A DNA stretch of 64,000 bases from Amoebidium appalachense. Taxonomy: Eukaryota > Protista > Ichthyosporea. Shown piece after piece: positions 50,661-64,000 of this stretch. The notes under the pieces were generated by a model. It had not been told where the DNA came from. It was given only the letters and a program-made list of their open reading frames with translations, and did no database searches. How positions within the stretch are numbered: position 1 is the first letter of the stretch; each line of letters opens with the position of its first letter. The stretch spans positions 17,293,840-17,357,839 of the forward strand of contig CAVNZM010000001.1 in NCBI GenBank assembly GCA_963693365.1, read 5' to 3'. Made by a program: the position numbers and the translations under genes.

Positions 50661-52615
50661 TATCTATTTCTTTATACTATCATCTACATTATACAACTAA
50701 CGTCACTCTCCGAGTATTACTAACCTTCACCTTATATTCGTCGGCTAACCTAGCCACTACATGGGCCACGAAAACAACCCCCCCCCCTTCTAATAGTGTG
50801 AACGTCTGATGTCTTGCTGTGTCGGGCAGAGCTGCATCACGTGCAGCCCGGGCCCGGGTTAGTGCTGCTCCCGGAACTCAGTCCAGTGGGGATAAGTTAG
50901 TCGGTCGCCCCCCCATCGGCAAAAGTGCCGTATCTAACAAACTACTAGTTAGCCTCCTGCCCATAGACAAATAAAAGGAGAAAAACCGGTCACAGCAAGG
51001 GTAAATATATAATGAGCATAAACCTAGACAAATCCCAATATAGCCTCCACATCCACCGCCAAGGACTGAATCCAGAGATGGAGAGAGGTATATGAGCTAC
51101 CTATCACCCCGACACCATGATTTAAGACTCCTATCCGTTAACAAAACACGAGGACAACCAAACCTAAGAAAATCACCACAAAAATCGAGCAAACAACACG
51201 GATTAGCAGTGGGGAAGGAAAAACTTCAACCCAACGAGTGGCCACATCGGTGACGGTAACAAGAAAGTGTTACCCCAACCGTAGAATTAAAAGGACCGAC
51301 CCCGATCTACCCTCAAACAAGAACATAAAATCCTAACGAGGGAAGGGGACTCCATTCCTTCTGACATGATGCATGACAACACATAATCCCTCACCTCCCT
51401 ACTCATACCCGGCCAAAAATACGAACGATTAACACGAAGCAACGTCCTATTTACACCTAAATGACCAGCCATGGGATAACATGTTGGATGCTCATGCACC
51501 ATATGCAAAACCTCAGGCACAAGTGCCGTCGGGACCCAAACTCGGTGTCCGTCTGGCCCAGAACAATATAAACTAAATCCTGCTCTACCTGACACATTTT
51601 TGCTAACTAGCTACCTTAATCATCTGCCTTTTATTTTTAAATTTAATCGAATCAACCGGCCCCTTTAAATAATTCTTACCAGACCAATCAACACATCTCC
51701 TCCTGAGCTAAGATCAAAGCCGTAGGTGCTAAGGCCGGGGCCGAGCCAGGACTCGGTCCCGACCCCGCCGCAAATCCTCCCCCCTCCCCTGGCACTTATA
51801 AGCAAGCAACCCCGGACTCCCCAAGAAGACACACAACAGACACAGCATCTATTCCCTGCTCACTCTCCCCCCTTTCCCCCCTCCCCCCCCAGTCTCTCAC
51901 TAGCCCCCCTCCCCCTCCTTCTCTTCTTCAAACAAAATATAAGCAGCACGAGAGAGAGCATCGCAGTCAACCATTGTTTCACCTTGGCATAAAACAATTT
52001 ATAGGAGAACTCACCGAGAGCCGCGGCCCACTTCTGCATCCTCTCGTTGACCAGACGAGTGGTGCGGATGGCTAGGCAGGGTTGTGGTCGGTGTGACCTC
52101 AAACGTCCTGCCTCATACCTCCATGCCTGTGAGACTGCCCAAAAGATAGCATGGGACTCTTTGATGTATTCACGTCACCCACATCGAGCTAAGCATCACT
52201 CTATCCTGCCCCTCCTGCACTTGATATAGCACGGCCCCCTCAGCAACCTTACTTGCATCACATCGAACTTTAAACATTCCCCCCGGCCGAAAAATCAGGA
52301 TGAACAAGCATACTCGAGACTGCAAAGCTAACTTAAGCTTTTGAAAGCAGAAACAGCATCAACATTCCAATCTATCTATTCTTCTTCTCCCCCCGTCTGA
52401 CTAGTTAACGGCAAAGCAAGCATATATAATCCTTAAAAACGACGGAGATAATTAGTTAAACCTAAAATGCAGTGAAGAGGAGGGCCACAATAGGCCGGAC
52501 CGGAAGGGGAAAGACATAGAAATAAAAACTACCTCCGGCACACCAACACAGTCTTGCACCGTAGAAGACAGACTCACCCAAAGCTAAAAATACTTTTTCA
52601 CAATTATTAACTAAC

Positions 52616-55600
52616 TGTAAACAACTGTACACATGAACTGTACATGTTTACTAAAGAATGTGATCTACTAGCACACAATTCGTTCTTTGTCATGAATATC
52701 ACATAAATATTATGTCCACACCAATAGGAATCAATCTTACCTAAGAAATGAACCATGTATGATTCTACCGCTGCATACCACATAAACGAAGTGAACCAAT
52801 AAGATGTTTGCATAAATAGGACGAAGGTCTGACTGGCTTGGACCGCACCAGAATCACGAATGGCATGTTGCCACCCGCGCTGGCCGCGGATGAAGCAATC
52901 CTGGGCCTTGATCCGAAACCTGGGGGCTATATAACAAAGCCGTCCCAGTACGGGGATCACATCAGTGAAGTCTGAGACAGACTGAGTCGGCCCATAGTAA
53001 AGGCAACTTGGCCGCGTGTGCCTTTCTACCCGTTCTCTGTCTTTATTCTGATTCAGTTGTTCTCTGCCTTATCCCAACTAGTAACTGTTTATGGGCCGGG
53101 GCCAACTGTTTACATTGGCGACCGCGCAGTTCAAGAATCTCGCATCCTTCGAATCTCACATCTTTCAATCAGTTCAAGAATCTCACATCTTTCAATCAGC
53201 TTAAGAATCTCCCATGGCCGATCACAATCCTTTTTACCCCGATGATAGGCACATCTTTCCTTGTCCGGCTTAGAATATATACACCGACAAGTTTGAAGTG
53301 GCCAGCCCACCTACACGGAAAGAATTGAAAGCATGTAAAACTTCTTTTGCTACGACACATCAAAAATGTGAAGAAAAACGAACACACAACGAAACAACGA
53401 ATACACGAACAAACGAATAAAGAATTGCTAACGAAGCAATGAACCAACGAAAAACGAACCATCACGAATACGCAATGAAATAAAGAGTTAACGACAAGCG
53501 AATGCATAGAGGAAATACGAAATGAATGCAACACAAAACAAAACAAAGTAACGAAGTTATCAAACGACAAAAAACGAAAAACGAAAGCAAAATGAAATGG
53601 AAACACGAAAATGAAAAGAACGAATGCACAACACTGCTTAGGTTGCAATGCACACGGCCCCCTCTATGTTACGAAGAAAAGAAAATCGTTGCCCTTGCGT
53701 GCATTGCGCTATTGCACACTGTCATCGTGTCCATGCCACCACGTGCACGTCCACACTCGCAACCCAGATGCACGGCCACTTTCAGCACAAATGCACTTAA
53801 CGAAGAAGATAGTCGCTGTTGCTATAGCATGTAGGACCTAAGATCTTATGAAAGTAGTGTTGCATGCATGCTTCGAATCCCTTGCTGTTCTCGAATACAG
53901 CATGCCCCATAGTTTAGCGCACAGGATGCACATGCGCATGAATGTATGCTGGCATGCCTAAACACATTACGAACATATGCCTGACTCATGTATGGCGGCC
54001 CTTCCTGGTGCCACGCCCTAACGAATTTGCACTCTTGGTGCACAAAAGGCATGTAATAAAGTCGATGCAGAACTTTTGTTCATGCATGTGAAAAACAAAG
54101 AAGGTGTTGGGTACGAATTTTAAGGTGAATGCCCGTCTGTGGCAATACTGTGTAACATACCAATTACACTGTCAAGCCTTGCACTAGCTGCCGGCACACC
54201 CCCACCAGAACAAAAGAATGTGGTATGGGCACCGCTCCCTCACAACCCCATCATACAGTGTCAGTATTTTGGCTGGAAGCCTTTCAGTTTCGAATTACGA
54301 ATACCCTCCTTCACTACTGAAGAAAGTGACGTGGAAGACGAATACGAATACGAATGCAAGGTGTTGTTGACTAACACATCGGACCATCATGTGTACCTAG
54401 GCCCTGGTACGGAGGTGACCATGTTATTCCCTTGCAATATGATGACACTGTAACAATTTAGCACGTGCATACCCCACCAATGGGCACATGCGGGAGACAA
54501 CCCCACAAGCTGCCTTATTGGGCACCTCTGCTAAAACGAATATTCTTCTCACGAAGGAACAGAAGAATGCCACGAACACGAACCACACACTCACCAGGCA
54601 GCTACTTACATCTAATGTATGTAAGAAGTAGGGTGTGTGAACGGGGTAACTTCATGAACACCAACACGAAAGAAAGGACAGCACAAAGCAGTTCCACGAA
54701 TACGAATGGTTTTGGTATTCCACATAACGAACAGAACCTACAGTAGGGCCACCTACAAATGAAGCAGAGGATGGGGCACCATCCAGACCTGCACTGGAGG
54801 ATATGAAAACACGAAGCGCGCTCACGAAGTTGCTTACAAAAGAAAGGGCGACTGTGACGACTTTTCTTTTTAGGCCAAGCCTCCAGAAGAATGTATTATG
54901 CCTGGAATCCCCCTGCTCAACGGAAATGGCTGGCAAATGGGATACGAAAACTGCTCACGAATGGAAGCATGTGTTTTCTGAAGAAGGTTTGCTTTGCCTA
55001 CCCTCTTCTTATGAATTATGAACCGGGTTTTTACTGGTTCGAATTCTGACGGGCTGATATATTTCTTTATGTCGCCCAACGAAGAACACTTGGGGCATTT
55101 TTATTCATGTTTTTCCCAGCTCCGATGATGCAGGGTTAAAGCTGAAAGGAAAGAAGTGCTATTTGTTCATGAAAGAAGTGGCTTTTCTGGCCATGGCGAC
55201 TCGCCTTACAGTCTTAAGGTAGAACCGGGATAAGGAGCAGCGGCTAAGCCTTGAAGCTATCCACCACTACCTGAGCTACGAAGTGACCTAAGGCTTGAGT
55301 TATATTCATTATCGAATGCTTGGTATGATCATTCATCCACACAACCAAATTACTCGCAATTGAAAACGAATCTGCGGGAGTATCCTAAAAAGGAAAAATT
55401 CCCAAAAAGGAAAATATTACTTCTACAGAAAAAGCCAAGCACAGAGACGAAGCGAACAATTCGCACGAACACTCTGCAACAATCTTCGCCACGAAAATGA
55501 ACGCACAGAAGAATGCTGCATGAATTTACGTTTTGGCAAACGAAGAAGTGCTCATAGACGTGCACAACTCTATTCAACCATCCTTGCTCTGTTCTGCCCA

Positions 55601-56182
55601 GCAGCTCGGCGCACAAGAATTCTCGCTGAAGGTTGTTTATCGCCTCTCAGCCTGGTGGTTTGCTTGCCTAACGACACCACCAGGCTCCCGACAAGGGGGG
55701 AGTGTAAACAACTGTACACATGAACTGTACATGTTTACTAAAGAATGTGATCTACTAGCACACAATTCGTTCTTTGTCATGAATATCACATAAATATTAT
55801 GTCCACACCAATAGGAATCAATCTTACCTAAGAAATGAACCATGTATGATTCTACCGCTGCATACCACATAAACGAAGTGAACCAATAAGATGTTTGCAT
55901 AAATAGGACGAAGGTCTGACTGGCTTGGACCGCACCAGAATCACGAATGGCATGTTGCCACCCGCGCTGGCCGCGGATGAAGCAATCCTGGGCCTTGATC
56001 CGAAACCTGGGGGCTATATAACAAAGCCGTCCCAGTACGGGGATCACATCAGTGAAGTCTGAGACAGACTGAGTCGGCCCATAGTAAAAGCAACTTGGCC
56101 GCGTGTGCCTTTCTACCCGTTCTCTGTCTTTATTCTGATTCAGTTGTTCTCTGCCTTATCCCAACTAGTCCAACTGTTTACA
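52616..56182 (+). mobile_element. Non-autonomous or decayed LTR retroelement nested in the Gypsy RT
   Basis: LTRs TGTAAACA..TGTTTACA at 52616-53114 and 55703-56182, TSD CTAAC on both sides, PBS TGGCGACCG at ~53116, [13 protein letters not shown] 55693-55702. Interior has only fragments (KVLLTNTSDHHVYL; GLKLKGKKCYLFMKEVAFL). Confidence 0.95.
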
Positions 56183-58103
56183 CTAACTCCTCAAATGACC
56201 TACCTTTAATTAAAACATCATCCAAATAAGGGTGACATACATCCAAATGAGGGTGGAGAATTTTATACATTACCCGGCACAACATAGCTGGAGAGGAGAG
56301 CAAACCCATCGGCACCACCTTGTACTGGAACAGCTGGTCACCCAGTGCAAAGGCAGTCTTCTCCTTGCTGCTCTCCTCCAACCTTATCTGCCAAAAAGCT
56401 GCTTTTAAATCAAGTTTAGCAAAGTGAGTATAGCCGTGCAGCTGTGAAAGCTGCTCGTCTATGTTAGGGAGAGGCCATTGGTCTGCCTTAGTGATCCGAT
56501 TCAGAGCCCTGTAATCGTTCACTAGACGCCAAGACCCGTCGGGCTTCTTAACCAATAGCACCGGACTTCTCCACGGACTCGAACTATGCTCCACATGACC
56601 CTTTTTTAACATATCACTCACTATTATTAGCGCATCCGACAATTTATACTGCTCCATTCTATAGCTAGGCATCACTACCGGCCTATTATCACCTGTGTCG
56701 ATCTGCATTTCAAACCCTTTAACGAAGCCTACTTCGTTATCATCGGCCAGAAATGCAAACCGAGTCCTATCAAATAACTTAGCTAGCAATTTTTTCTGTT
56801 CTACCGTCCAATCCCCCTCCTTCATACCAAACGGCAATACTAACTCCGGGTTACCCCCATCACAAGTGGATGCATCCTTATTCACCGGAGTGCCACTTAA
56901 CATTTCACCTCCTGTATTACATCGGTGCTGCTCGGGGTGAGGTGGAGGTACCTCCGGATATAGGCGGTCACCCTTAGCAACCCCCCCTCCCCCCGGCACA
57001 CCCATGCCCCCGGGCAATTCCTGATGAGTTAGTGCATGTATGTGGGGGGCCAGGTCTGTGGCCACCCTGCCCCCCACGGTGTTGGTTAACCCGTCAGATC
57101 CACGGGTTAGACCAACACCCTCCCCCCCTGCCTGCACATTCTCACACCCGGGGTGACCCTCCTTCCTCTTGGGGGTCGGGGGAGTGGGACCGGTGCTGTC
57201 CCGGTCCCCCCCCCCATCGTGTCGGGTGACATTTTGGTGGCTAACGTTAAATAAAGTTGTTCCCCCTCCTCCTGAGTCACCCTTCGAGCCGGCATCCTCC
57301 TTTTGGGTAATAAGAGAGACCTCTATACTACCAATCTCATTAGTGAAACTACCGACGGAAACACCTGACCTAATCACTATAGGCTCGATGCCCGGATTCA
57401 CTAATTCTATTTCTATTGTCTTATCCGGCCATACCCTACTAAGGGTCCATTGGGCCACCTCCTGAAATGGGGTTTTCGGAGTAAAAACCCCCAAATCCCC
57501 TATCCTAACATGATTGCCGGCCCGGACACGTACCGTTTGGCACTGATAAGGCTCGATTACTACTTCAGCTACCGTTCTAGCACCAGACTGATAACCGTCG
57601 AGCCCATCATGGGTTTTAATTTTAACGCCGGACTGCAATTCTAAAACATTCGTACGTTCAAACAAAGCATTCACATGTCTATGGAAAAATGGGGCTCCCA
57701 ACAAAACACTTTGAGCTAAATTCTTAACCACATAACAAGCAATATGCATAGCCTGGCCACCTATCTCACACGGCAACACACAAACACCTTCAACAGACAT
57801 ACTGCTATTATTAGCACTACCTAAGGCTGTGCTAGAGGCACCTAAAATAGGAATTTCCCCCCCGGCCTGATTAAAACGACGAATAAACGAAGCATGCACA
57901 CGATTAACCTGAGCCCCTCCATCGAGCAAAGCAACAGCCTTCAACTTACCATCAGCTAACCATACGTCTATATAATGCCGGCTAAAACCAACTAAATCCT
58001 CCTCCAATTCAAGCAACACATCATCACTCACACCCAGACCCTGCCCACGAAGACTCACACCCTCGATACCTACGTGCAACATACCTACCTGTGGTGCCTG
58101 CAC
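56183..58103 (-). pseudogene. Gypsy pol (protease, dUTPase-like spacer, RT) cut by an LTR-element insertion
   Basis: Open frame ends a few codons after YLDDVLIKGRSFEELV, exactly at the CTAAC target duplication. Confidence 0.9.
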
Positions 58104-59449
58104 GGGTGGGGTGGGGTGTGTATGTGATGTGGGTGGTGGTGGAGTGTGTGTGTGTGGTGTGTGGGTGGGTGGTGTGTGTGTGTTTGGTGGATGTGTGTGT
58201 GTGTGTGTGGGTGTAGGTGTGTCTGCAACCGTCGTATGTTGTTGTGGTGGTGTGTTTCTACGTGTCTGTGCCTGCCCCCCCCTTCCCCCTTTACTCGTGT
58301 GTGTCCCCCCCCCCTCCCGGGAACAATGGCACAGAAACCCCCTCCGGTGTGGTTAGAACAAACACCGGGTTGGGACAAGAAACACTGAGACCATCCACTT
58401 GTGGCTGGGGAACCTCCCCCAACCACAAAACATTCACACCATTCATACCTTTGGTAGAGTCACCCCACAAACATTCATGCCATACCACCTCGACGCTGTC
58501 TTGAGGACCCACGACGATGCCCTTCGTCGAACTGCTGCTGCTGTCCGCTACGTCCACCAGGCCCACGACCGCTGGTGTTTGAGTGTAAACTAAAAGCTGT
58601 TGTGTTTCTGGCGTCTATAGCTAGTGTGTGAACCTGTGGTATCTGTGTGTGCAGGGAGCTATAATCCTCCGCTGCCAACGCGTAGAACATATCTACGTGA
58701 AACTTAGCCATGGTGTTGTGTGTGCCCTAGTTGAGAGGTTGTGTTTATGTTTGTGTTTTTGAGGTGTAGCAACAGCCCAGAAGGAACTGTCACCGCGTTA
58801 CCCTAGCGCGAAAAACCGCACTAAAAGAAAGGTGTAGCTTGTCGTATCCTATTGTGTATGTACTAGAGACGCGGCACTCTACTAAGTGTACACACACGAA
58901 AAGGAACGAACGTGTACGGAAAAACGGTAAAGTTTATTCAGACCAGGCTCCGACGGGCAAACTTAGATCCGTACGGAATGAGACTAAGTTACAACTGAGG
59001 CCATCAAGGCCGTGCCCTCAAAGATCATCATCACCTGGCCCCCCTACGATGCCACATTCCAAACATTCCGATCTACTTTATCGTGCGCCTGCACGAGCTA
59101 AGTCGATCTACTCAACTAATATATTTATCCATGTCTCACCCCTCACCCTCCCCCTAGTGGCACCGCAGAGTCTAAATCTACATTTCATACTATCCTCCCC
59201 CCCCCCCCCCCCTCCCCCCTTTCCTCTACATCGAAATATATAAATACGTTTGGCAACATACACTATCAAACCTTGCCAATACTTACTGTAACAAAAGGGC
59301 TTCTGCCCGAACAATCACATTCCTAAGTCCTCCTACGATCTATCCTACACACTAATTAGAATTCTATTGGTCGGCTGCCCCAGCTGACGTGGTCCTGCCC
59401 TGCGCCGGCAGAGGCAAGATGCACGCAGCTGTACAGCTATCTTGAGGCC

Positions 59450-59905
59450 CCGGACTTGATCTTGATGATCTGTGGACCCGGGCCACCCCCCCCCCCCCCC
59501 CCCCGATCTCGATCGTAGACTTAGGCTGATCTGCTGAGACGGATTAGTATATGTCAGTGCGTTCGTCCTCCCCCAAGAGCAAGTCTGCTTCCAGCTGCCT
59601 TTGGCGTCTTCGGCCTGCCGGCGTAGTCCTTCCTCTTGCTCACGTGTGTACGGTATGCCAGTGGCCCCAGCCACTAAGGCTGCTCGCCCAGTGGGGCCGA
59701 ACACAAATGACCCTTCGGGAAAATGGACATTGCACACCCCTAGATCCTTCCTCAGGTTATCTTCAAGTTCCGTGTACTCAGTTGGCCATATTTGCTTAAA
59801 CCACGAACTAACAACCTCTGCACTGTGCCTTCGAATAAGCACCTGCTTACAACCAGGCCCAGCAGTGGAAGGCTTGCAGTGGTCTGCTGCACAACGAGAG
59901 GGCAT
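59450..59905 (-). pseudogene. THAP-domain N-terminus, probably the 5' part of the transposase at 49700-50480
   Basis: MPSRCAADHC..W..VCNVHFPEGSF fits the THAP C2CH pattern; same strand as the DDE part and separated from it by the Gypsy. Confidence 0.7.
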
Positions 59906-60499
59906 AGTGTGGGCACCCCTTAGGGGTATACCTTTTAAGATTCGCAACAGAAGGTAAAAACTAAATAACAAGTAAACATACAATTTAGTTCCCTAGTTTT
60001 ACGTTTAATATTTTTCGTTTGTTTAGGCCGCGTAATGTGGTGCACACATGGACTTTCGTTTCCGTTTCGCAAACTGGAAAAGTTGGCGCCAATTCTCTCG
60101 CGGCCCCCAATCGATGCGTGCCCTCCTTCTCAATTAGTGACGTCATTGATTCCGGACCCCTATTGGCATCGTCACCTACCCAGGAGTCCGCCTTCGCCCA
60201 CCGACAGTCTTTAAGGTCTATGTCGGCCTTTCTCAATTATGACGTAGTTATGACGTAGTTCATAATTGCATGATGTCATTGATGATGTCACGAAATTGAG
60301 AATGACGTCACCGGATCACGTACATGGTGGCTCACGGTCACTGGCAGCCAAAGCCGATAAAATTGAGCGCACTGATTGGTAGTTTCCATATATGTAATGT
60401 TCGTTTTAGGAAAGTCCGGACATGGTAAAAATATTACATCACAATCAAGAAATGCCGACATAGTCGTTAATTCGCTCTCGCAGCCGCTTGCCAATTGGT

Positions 60500-63190
60500 A
60501 ATGATGATTGTGTGAGTGCATTGAAATCATTGGGGCGTATGGGTCCGAATATACTAGTAGTTATCAACGCACACCACCGGAGGAGGTTCAAACGGATACA
60601 GCGAAGTATATGGACGATTATTATGGCGGCCTTTTTGCGAAACCCGGCCTACCCGCGATTCCACCCACCCGGCCTTTCATTTTATGCCCCAACCTCCGGC
60701 GTGACCGGCAGATATCACATTTCCGGGGGAGTTGGAAAGTTATTTTAACGCTTTTCATGTCCGCAAGGCTATCGGGCAACTTGCTTGGCGCAAAGCATGC
60801 GGACCGGATGCATTACCGTGCACGCTGTTTAAGGCGCTGTGCCCGCCCCCTAACCCACACATTGTCAAGCAGAAGCGTGGTGAGGATCCTGTTGGAAGTA
60901 GAGTCCGCTGTGACTAGGGTCGTCGTGGCGCGCTTGGGCGCTGACCCGTTTTTTACTGCTTTCAGTGTGTTAACTCCATGACTGAACTCCATGACTGAAC
61001 TCCATGACTGAACTCCATGACTGAACTCCATGACTGAACTCCATGACTGAACTCCATGTCTGCACTCCATGTCTGCACCTGGCAGAGACGTGGCTTATAT
61101 ACCCGTGGGGCAGCAGTCTGGAATGTAATCCGGATGCCAGGCGCTAATCGGATTGGTTACTTTCATTTAGAGATCTCTGGGACCAGTGAACCAATTGTTT
61201 GCAGTCAAAACACAATTGGCAACATTCCTCAACTATGCAGATGTGCATGTGGTGATCGAGTGTCAGCGTGTGTCTGTGTACACGGAACCAATTGTAAAGC
61301 TAACATACACATATTGTGGAGTGAGCGTAAGTCTGCACTCCAACACCCCTACCCAATTGGAGAAGTGTACACACCACTAGAGAAGAGAGAGTGAGTGTGG
61401 CTGCTTGCAGGGTAGACCGGGGTGTGCATTCCACTGTGGTGCGTGCCCCGCCAATGAAGTGGAATACTTGACGTTGATGTCGCAGGCTGCTGCGGATGGA
61501 GTTTGTGGAAGCGAAAGTCTCTACTTCACGGAAACACGCTCGCGGGTGTAGGGTACAGCCTAGAAGTCGGTTTCTGGCTCCTCCGTTCAAGGCGTCGTAG
61601 GGGACGTGAAGTTAGAGGCCGCGGTGTCGTGTCTGGGCCCATAACCCTGTTGGAAGTTGAGTCCGCTGTGACTAGGGTCGTCGTGGCGCGCTTGGGCGCT
61701 GACCCGTTTTTTACTGCTTTCAGTGTGTTAACTCCATGACTCAACTCCATGTCTGTACTCCATGACTGAACTCCATGACTGAACTCCATGACTGAACTCC
61801 ATGACTGAACTCCATGTCTGCACTCCATGTCTGCACCTGGCAGAGACGTGGCTTATATACCCGTGGGGCAGCAGTCTGGAATGTAATCCGGATGCCAGGC
61901 GCTAATCGGATTGGTTACTTTCATTTAGAGATCTCTGGGACCAGTGAACCAATTGTTTGCAGTCAAAACACAATTGGCAACATTCCTCAACTAATAGGCA
62001 GATGTGCATGTGGTGATCGAGTGTCAGCGTGTGTCTGTGTACACGGAACCAATTGTAAAGCTAACATACACATATTGTGGAGTGAGCGTAAGTCTGCACT
62101 CCAACAGATTCCCCCTCACCCTTTGCGTATCTTGTCAGCAAATTATTTTTAGCCTTCTACGAAACCGGTGTTGTTCCGGCCGGATGGCTCAAAACGGTGG
62201 TTAACCCAATCCGGAAGAAGACGTTGCACGGACCAATCGAAGATTTCCGCCCCGTTACTTTGACCAATGTCTTAGACCGATTTTTTCGTTCTCGTGCCTA
62301 CAAGGGGGTTTTGTTAACGCATACTCCTGCTACGGGCACGCGCTACTTCTGCATGATTCAATGGTCTCGGGTGCGCGGCATGCGGTGTTCATCGACCTTA
62401 AGAACGTGTACGACAGTGTTATTCCTCGCCTTCTGTGCGCGTGGCATAAGTAAGTTAGCCGCTCGAGGATTTCCATACGGGATAGGGCGCATCCGGATCC
62501 TGCAGGCCCCCTTCGATACCACATTCGGCAAGCTATTTTTAACGGCGGACGCACTCCCGGATTCACGAGCACGCGTGGTCTTTTGCAAGCCTTCTCACTG
62601 CTGATCATGAGCCCGGTTTTGTTTACGCATTTATTGACGATCTTGCTCTCGAACTTGAGCAATTTTACGACCCATCAACTTGCACCTAAGTCTTTGTCCG
62701 ATTATTGTATCTCCTTCAAGTTGCCCAAGCTCAATGTCGCTTGGGCGGCCTTACACTGGCGCATTAATTATGTATTTCATAACCGTAGTTGTCATTTCTG
62801 TGATAATAGGTTCGACAGGAAGCACTTAGACCGATGTAGCATGTTAATTCAGATTATCCCAGTTTCTGTTCGGTTGCAGGCATTTACCCGCCATCCCAAT
62901 ATAACTACTTTAGACTATTTGTTGACTAGCAAACGGTATGAAATTTTCTATGCAATTTACCCTTGCATGGCTAATAAATTTGACAATTGTTGACCCCCGT
63001 AGCTGAGCTCACACGTGTAGCTTTAGTAGTCTTACGGTAGCCTTATTCTCGTTTTTGGTATATCTCGTTGGATATCCGGTGAAGCTATTTCAGCGACTAT
63101 CTCATCGTGTCTATGGCAACTGTACTATATATCCATTCTTAGCCCTGTCTGATGCCCCGATCGAAATAAAATCCATTATAATAAAAAAGA
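60500..63190 (+). mobile_element. Decayed LINE related to the 25-28 kb LINE, interrupted by a TRIM
   Basis: KACGPDAL, GPIEDFRPVTLT, DLKNVYDSV, C-terminal LHWRINY..CHFC..FDRKHLDRC..LDYLL; many frameshifts; A-rich end ~63165-63190. Confidence 0.8.
60890..62106 (-). mobile_element. TRIM-like miniature Copia-type LTR element
   Basis: ~457-bp LTRs at 60890-61345 and 61648-62106, 302-bp interior, PBS GGGTTATGGGCCC (61647-61635), PPT AATTGGGTAGGGG, TSD GATCC/GATTC; 13-nt tandem repeat ACTCCATGACTGA in each LTR. Confidence 0.93.
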
Positions 63191-63607
63191 GAAATTCTTT
63201 AGTATACGTATCGGCCTAACATCTTGATCAAGAATTTCGGCATTTCGAATTCTTCGCAACTGCAGTCTTACATAAAAACATTCGATCCTTCTATGTATAT
63301 GCACACCCGGTTTTCCCAAATAAAGACGGTGTAAACCAAACCTGTATACGGGCAAAAAAAATCATGTGTGCAGGGAAGTGTGGGGACAGTGAGTCAAGCA
63401 AGTCGGAACAGCGCGATCTAGTATTGGAGACAAATGTTTGGCTGAAAATGCATCGCCCAGCTCCGAACCAGACTAGGAGGCCTTGAGTCTGGTAGCTACT
63501 TCAGCTGTTTCGGAATTCGTTTTGTCAAGCAAAGTTTGCCAAACTGTTGCAAGCACAATACCTACATCCTTATCCATAGACCAAAAAGGGGTGGGTAGCG
63601 ACAGAAA

Positions 63608-63694
63608 ATGCCTCTAGTCAACTGTGTCAATGCCGGCTGTCGGAAGGAGTTCGACCCTGAAGAAAACGACAACAAGGCCTGCCGTTATCACACG
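63608..63694 (+). CDS. First exon of a CHORD-domain protein (Chp-1/RAR1-like); gene continues beyond the window
   Basis: MPLVNCVNAGCRKEFDPEENDNKACRYHT fits CHORD C-x-N-x-GC..F..N..C.YH, followed by donor GTAATA. Confidence 0.8.
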
Positions 63695-63724
63695 GTAATA
63701 CAGGACCTCCCTCCTCTTTATCCT

Positions 63725-63770
<46 letters not shown>

Positions 63771-64000
63771 CAACCCCCCCCCCCCCCCCCCCCCCCTCCC
63801 TCTCTAACACACACACACACACACACATACACACACCAACCCACTTACCCACGTCTTGTTTCTCGCAGAGAAAGTTACATAAGCATAGATAGACGACACA
63901 CTTTCAAGCGCGGCCATCTGCCTCCGTTACTAATCCGCTCTGCAACAACCAACCCACCTGTCGACCTCCTGTACCTCTAGAACCCAGCTACCTGCCCAAT

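Noticed and set aside
60973-61080. CRISPR-like array
   Set aside because: 13-nt units abut with no spacers and lie inside an LTR in a eukaryotic context.

Overview
Eukaryotic genomic DNA with spliceosomal introns full of (CA/GT)n and poly-C/G tracts; most short ORFs in the track are translations of these simple repeats. The taxon cannot be fixed from the sequence. Host genes: a five-exon eEF1B (EF-1 beta/delta) gene on the minus strand, a large low-complexity terminal exon at 9908-12121, and the first exon of a CHORD-domain gene at the right edge. Most of the rest is mobile DNA: an intact young Copia, a Copia-type TRIM, a Gypsy disrupted by a second LTR element, two LINEs, an ISL2EU/Harbinger-type THAP-DDE transposase, a TIR-bounded Harbinger-like element, and two Exo1/XPG-like relics. 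The most unusual items are (i) an intact six-exon, about 1538-aa DDE transposase-like gene with a WRN-type 3'-5' exonuclease inserted inside its catalytic region, (ii) Exo1-like nuclease genes apparently carried by DNA transposons, and (iii) a family of about 150-nt sense-oriented intronic units stacked in eEF1B intron 3 and upstream of the neighbouring exon. All calls were made by eye; no searches were run.
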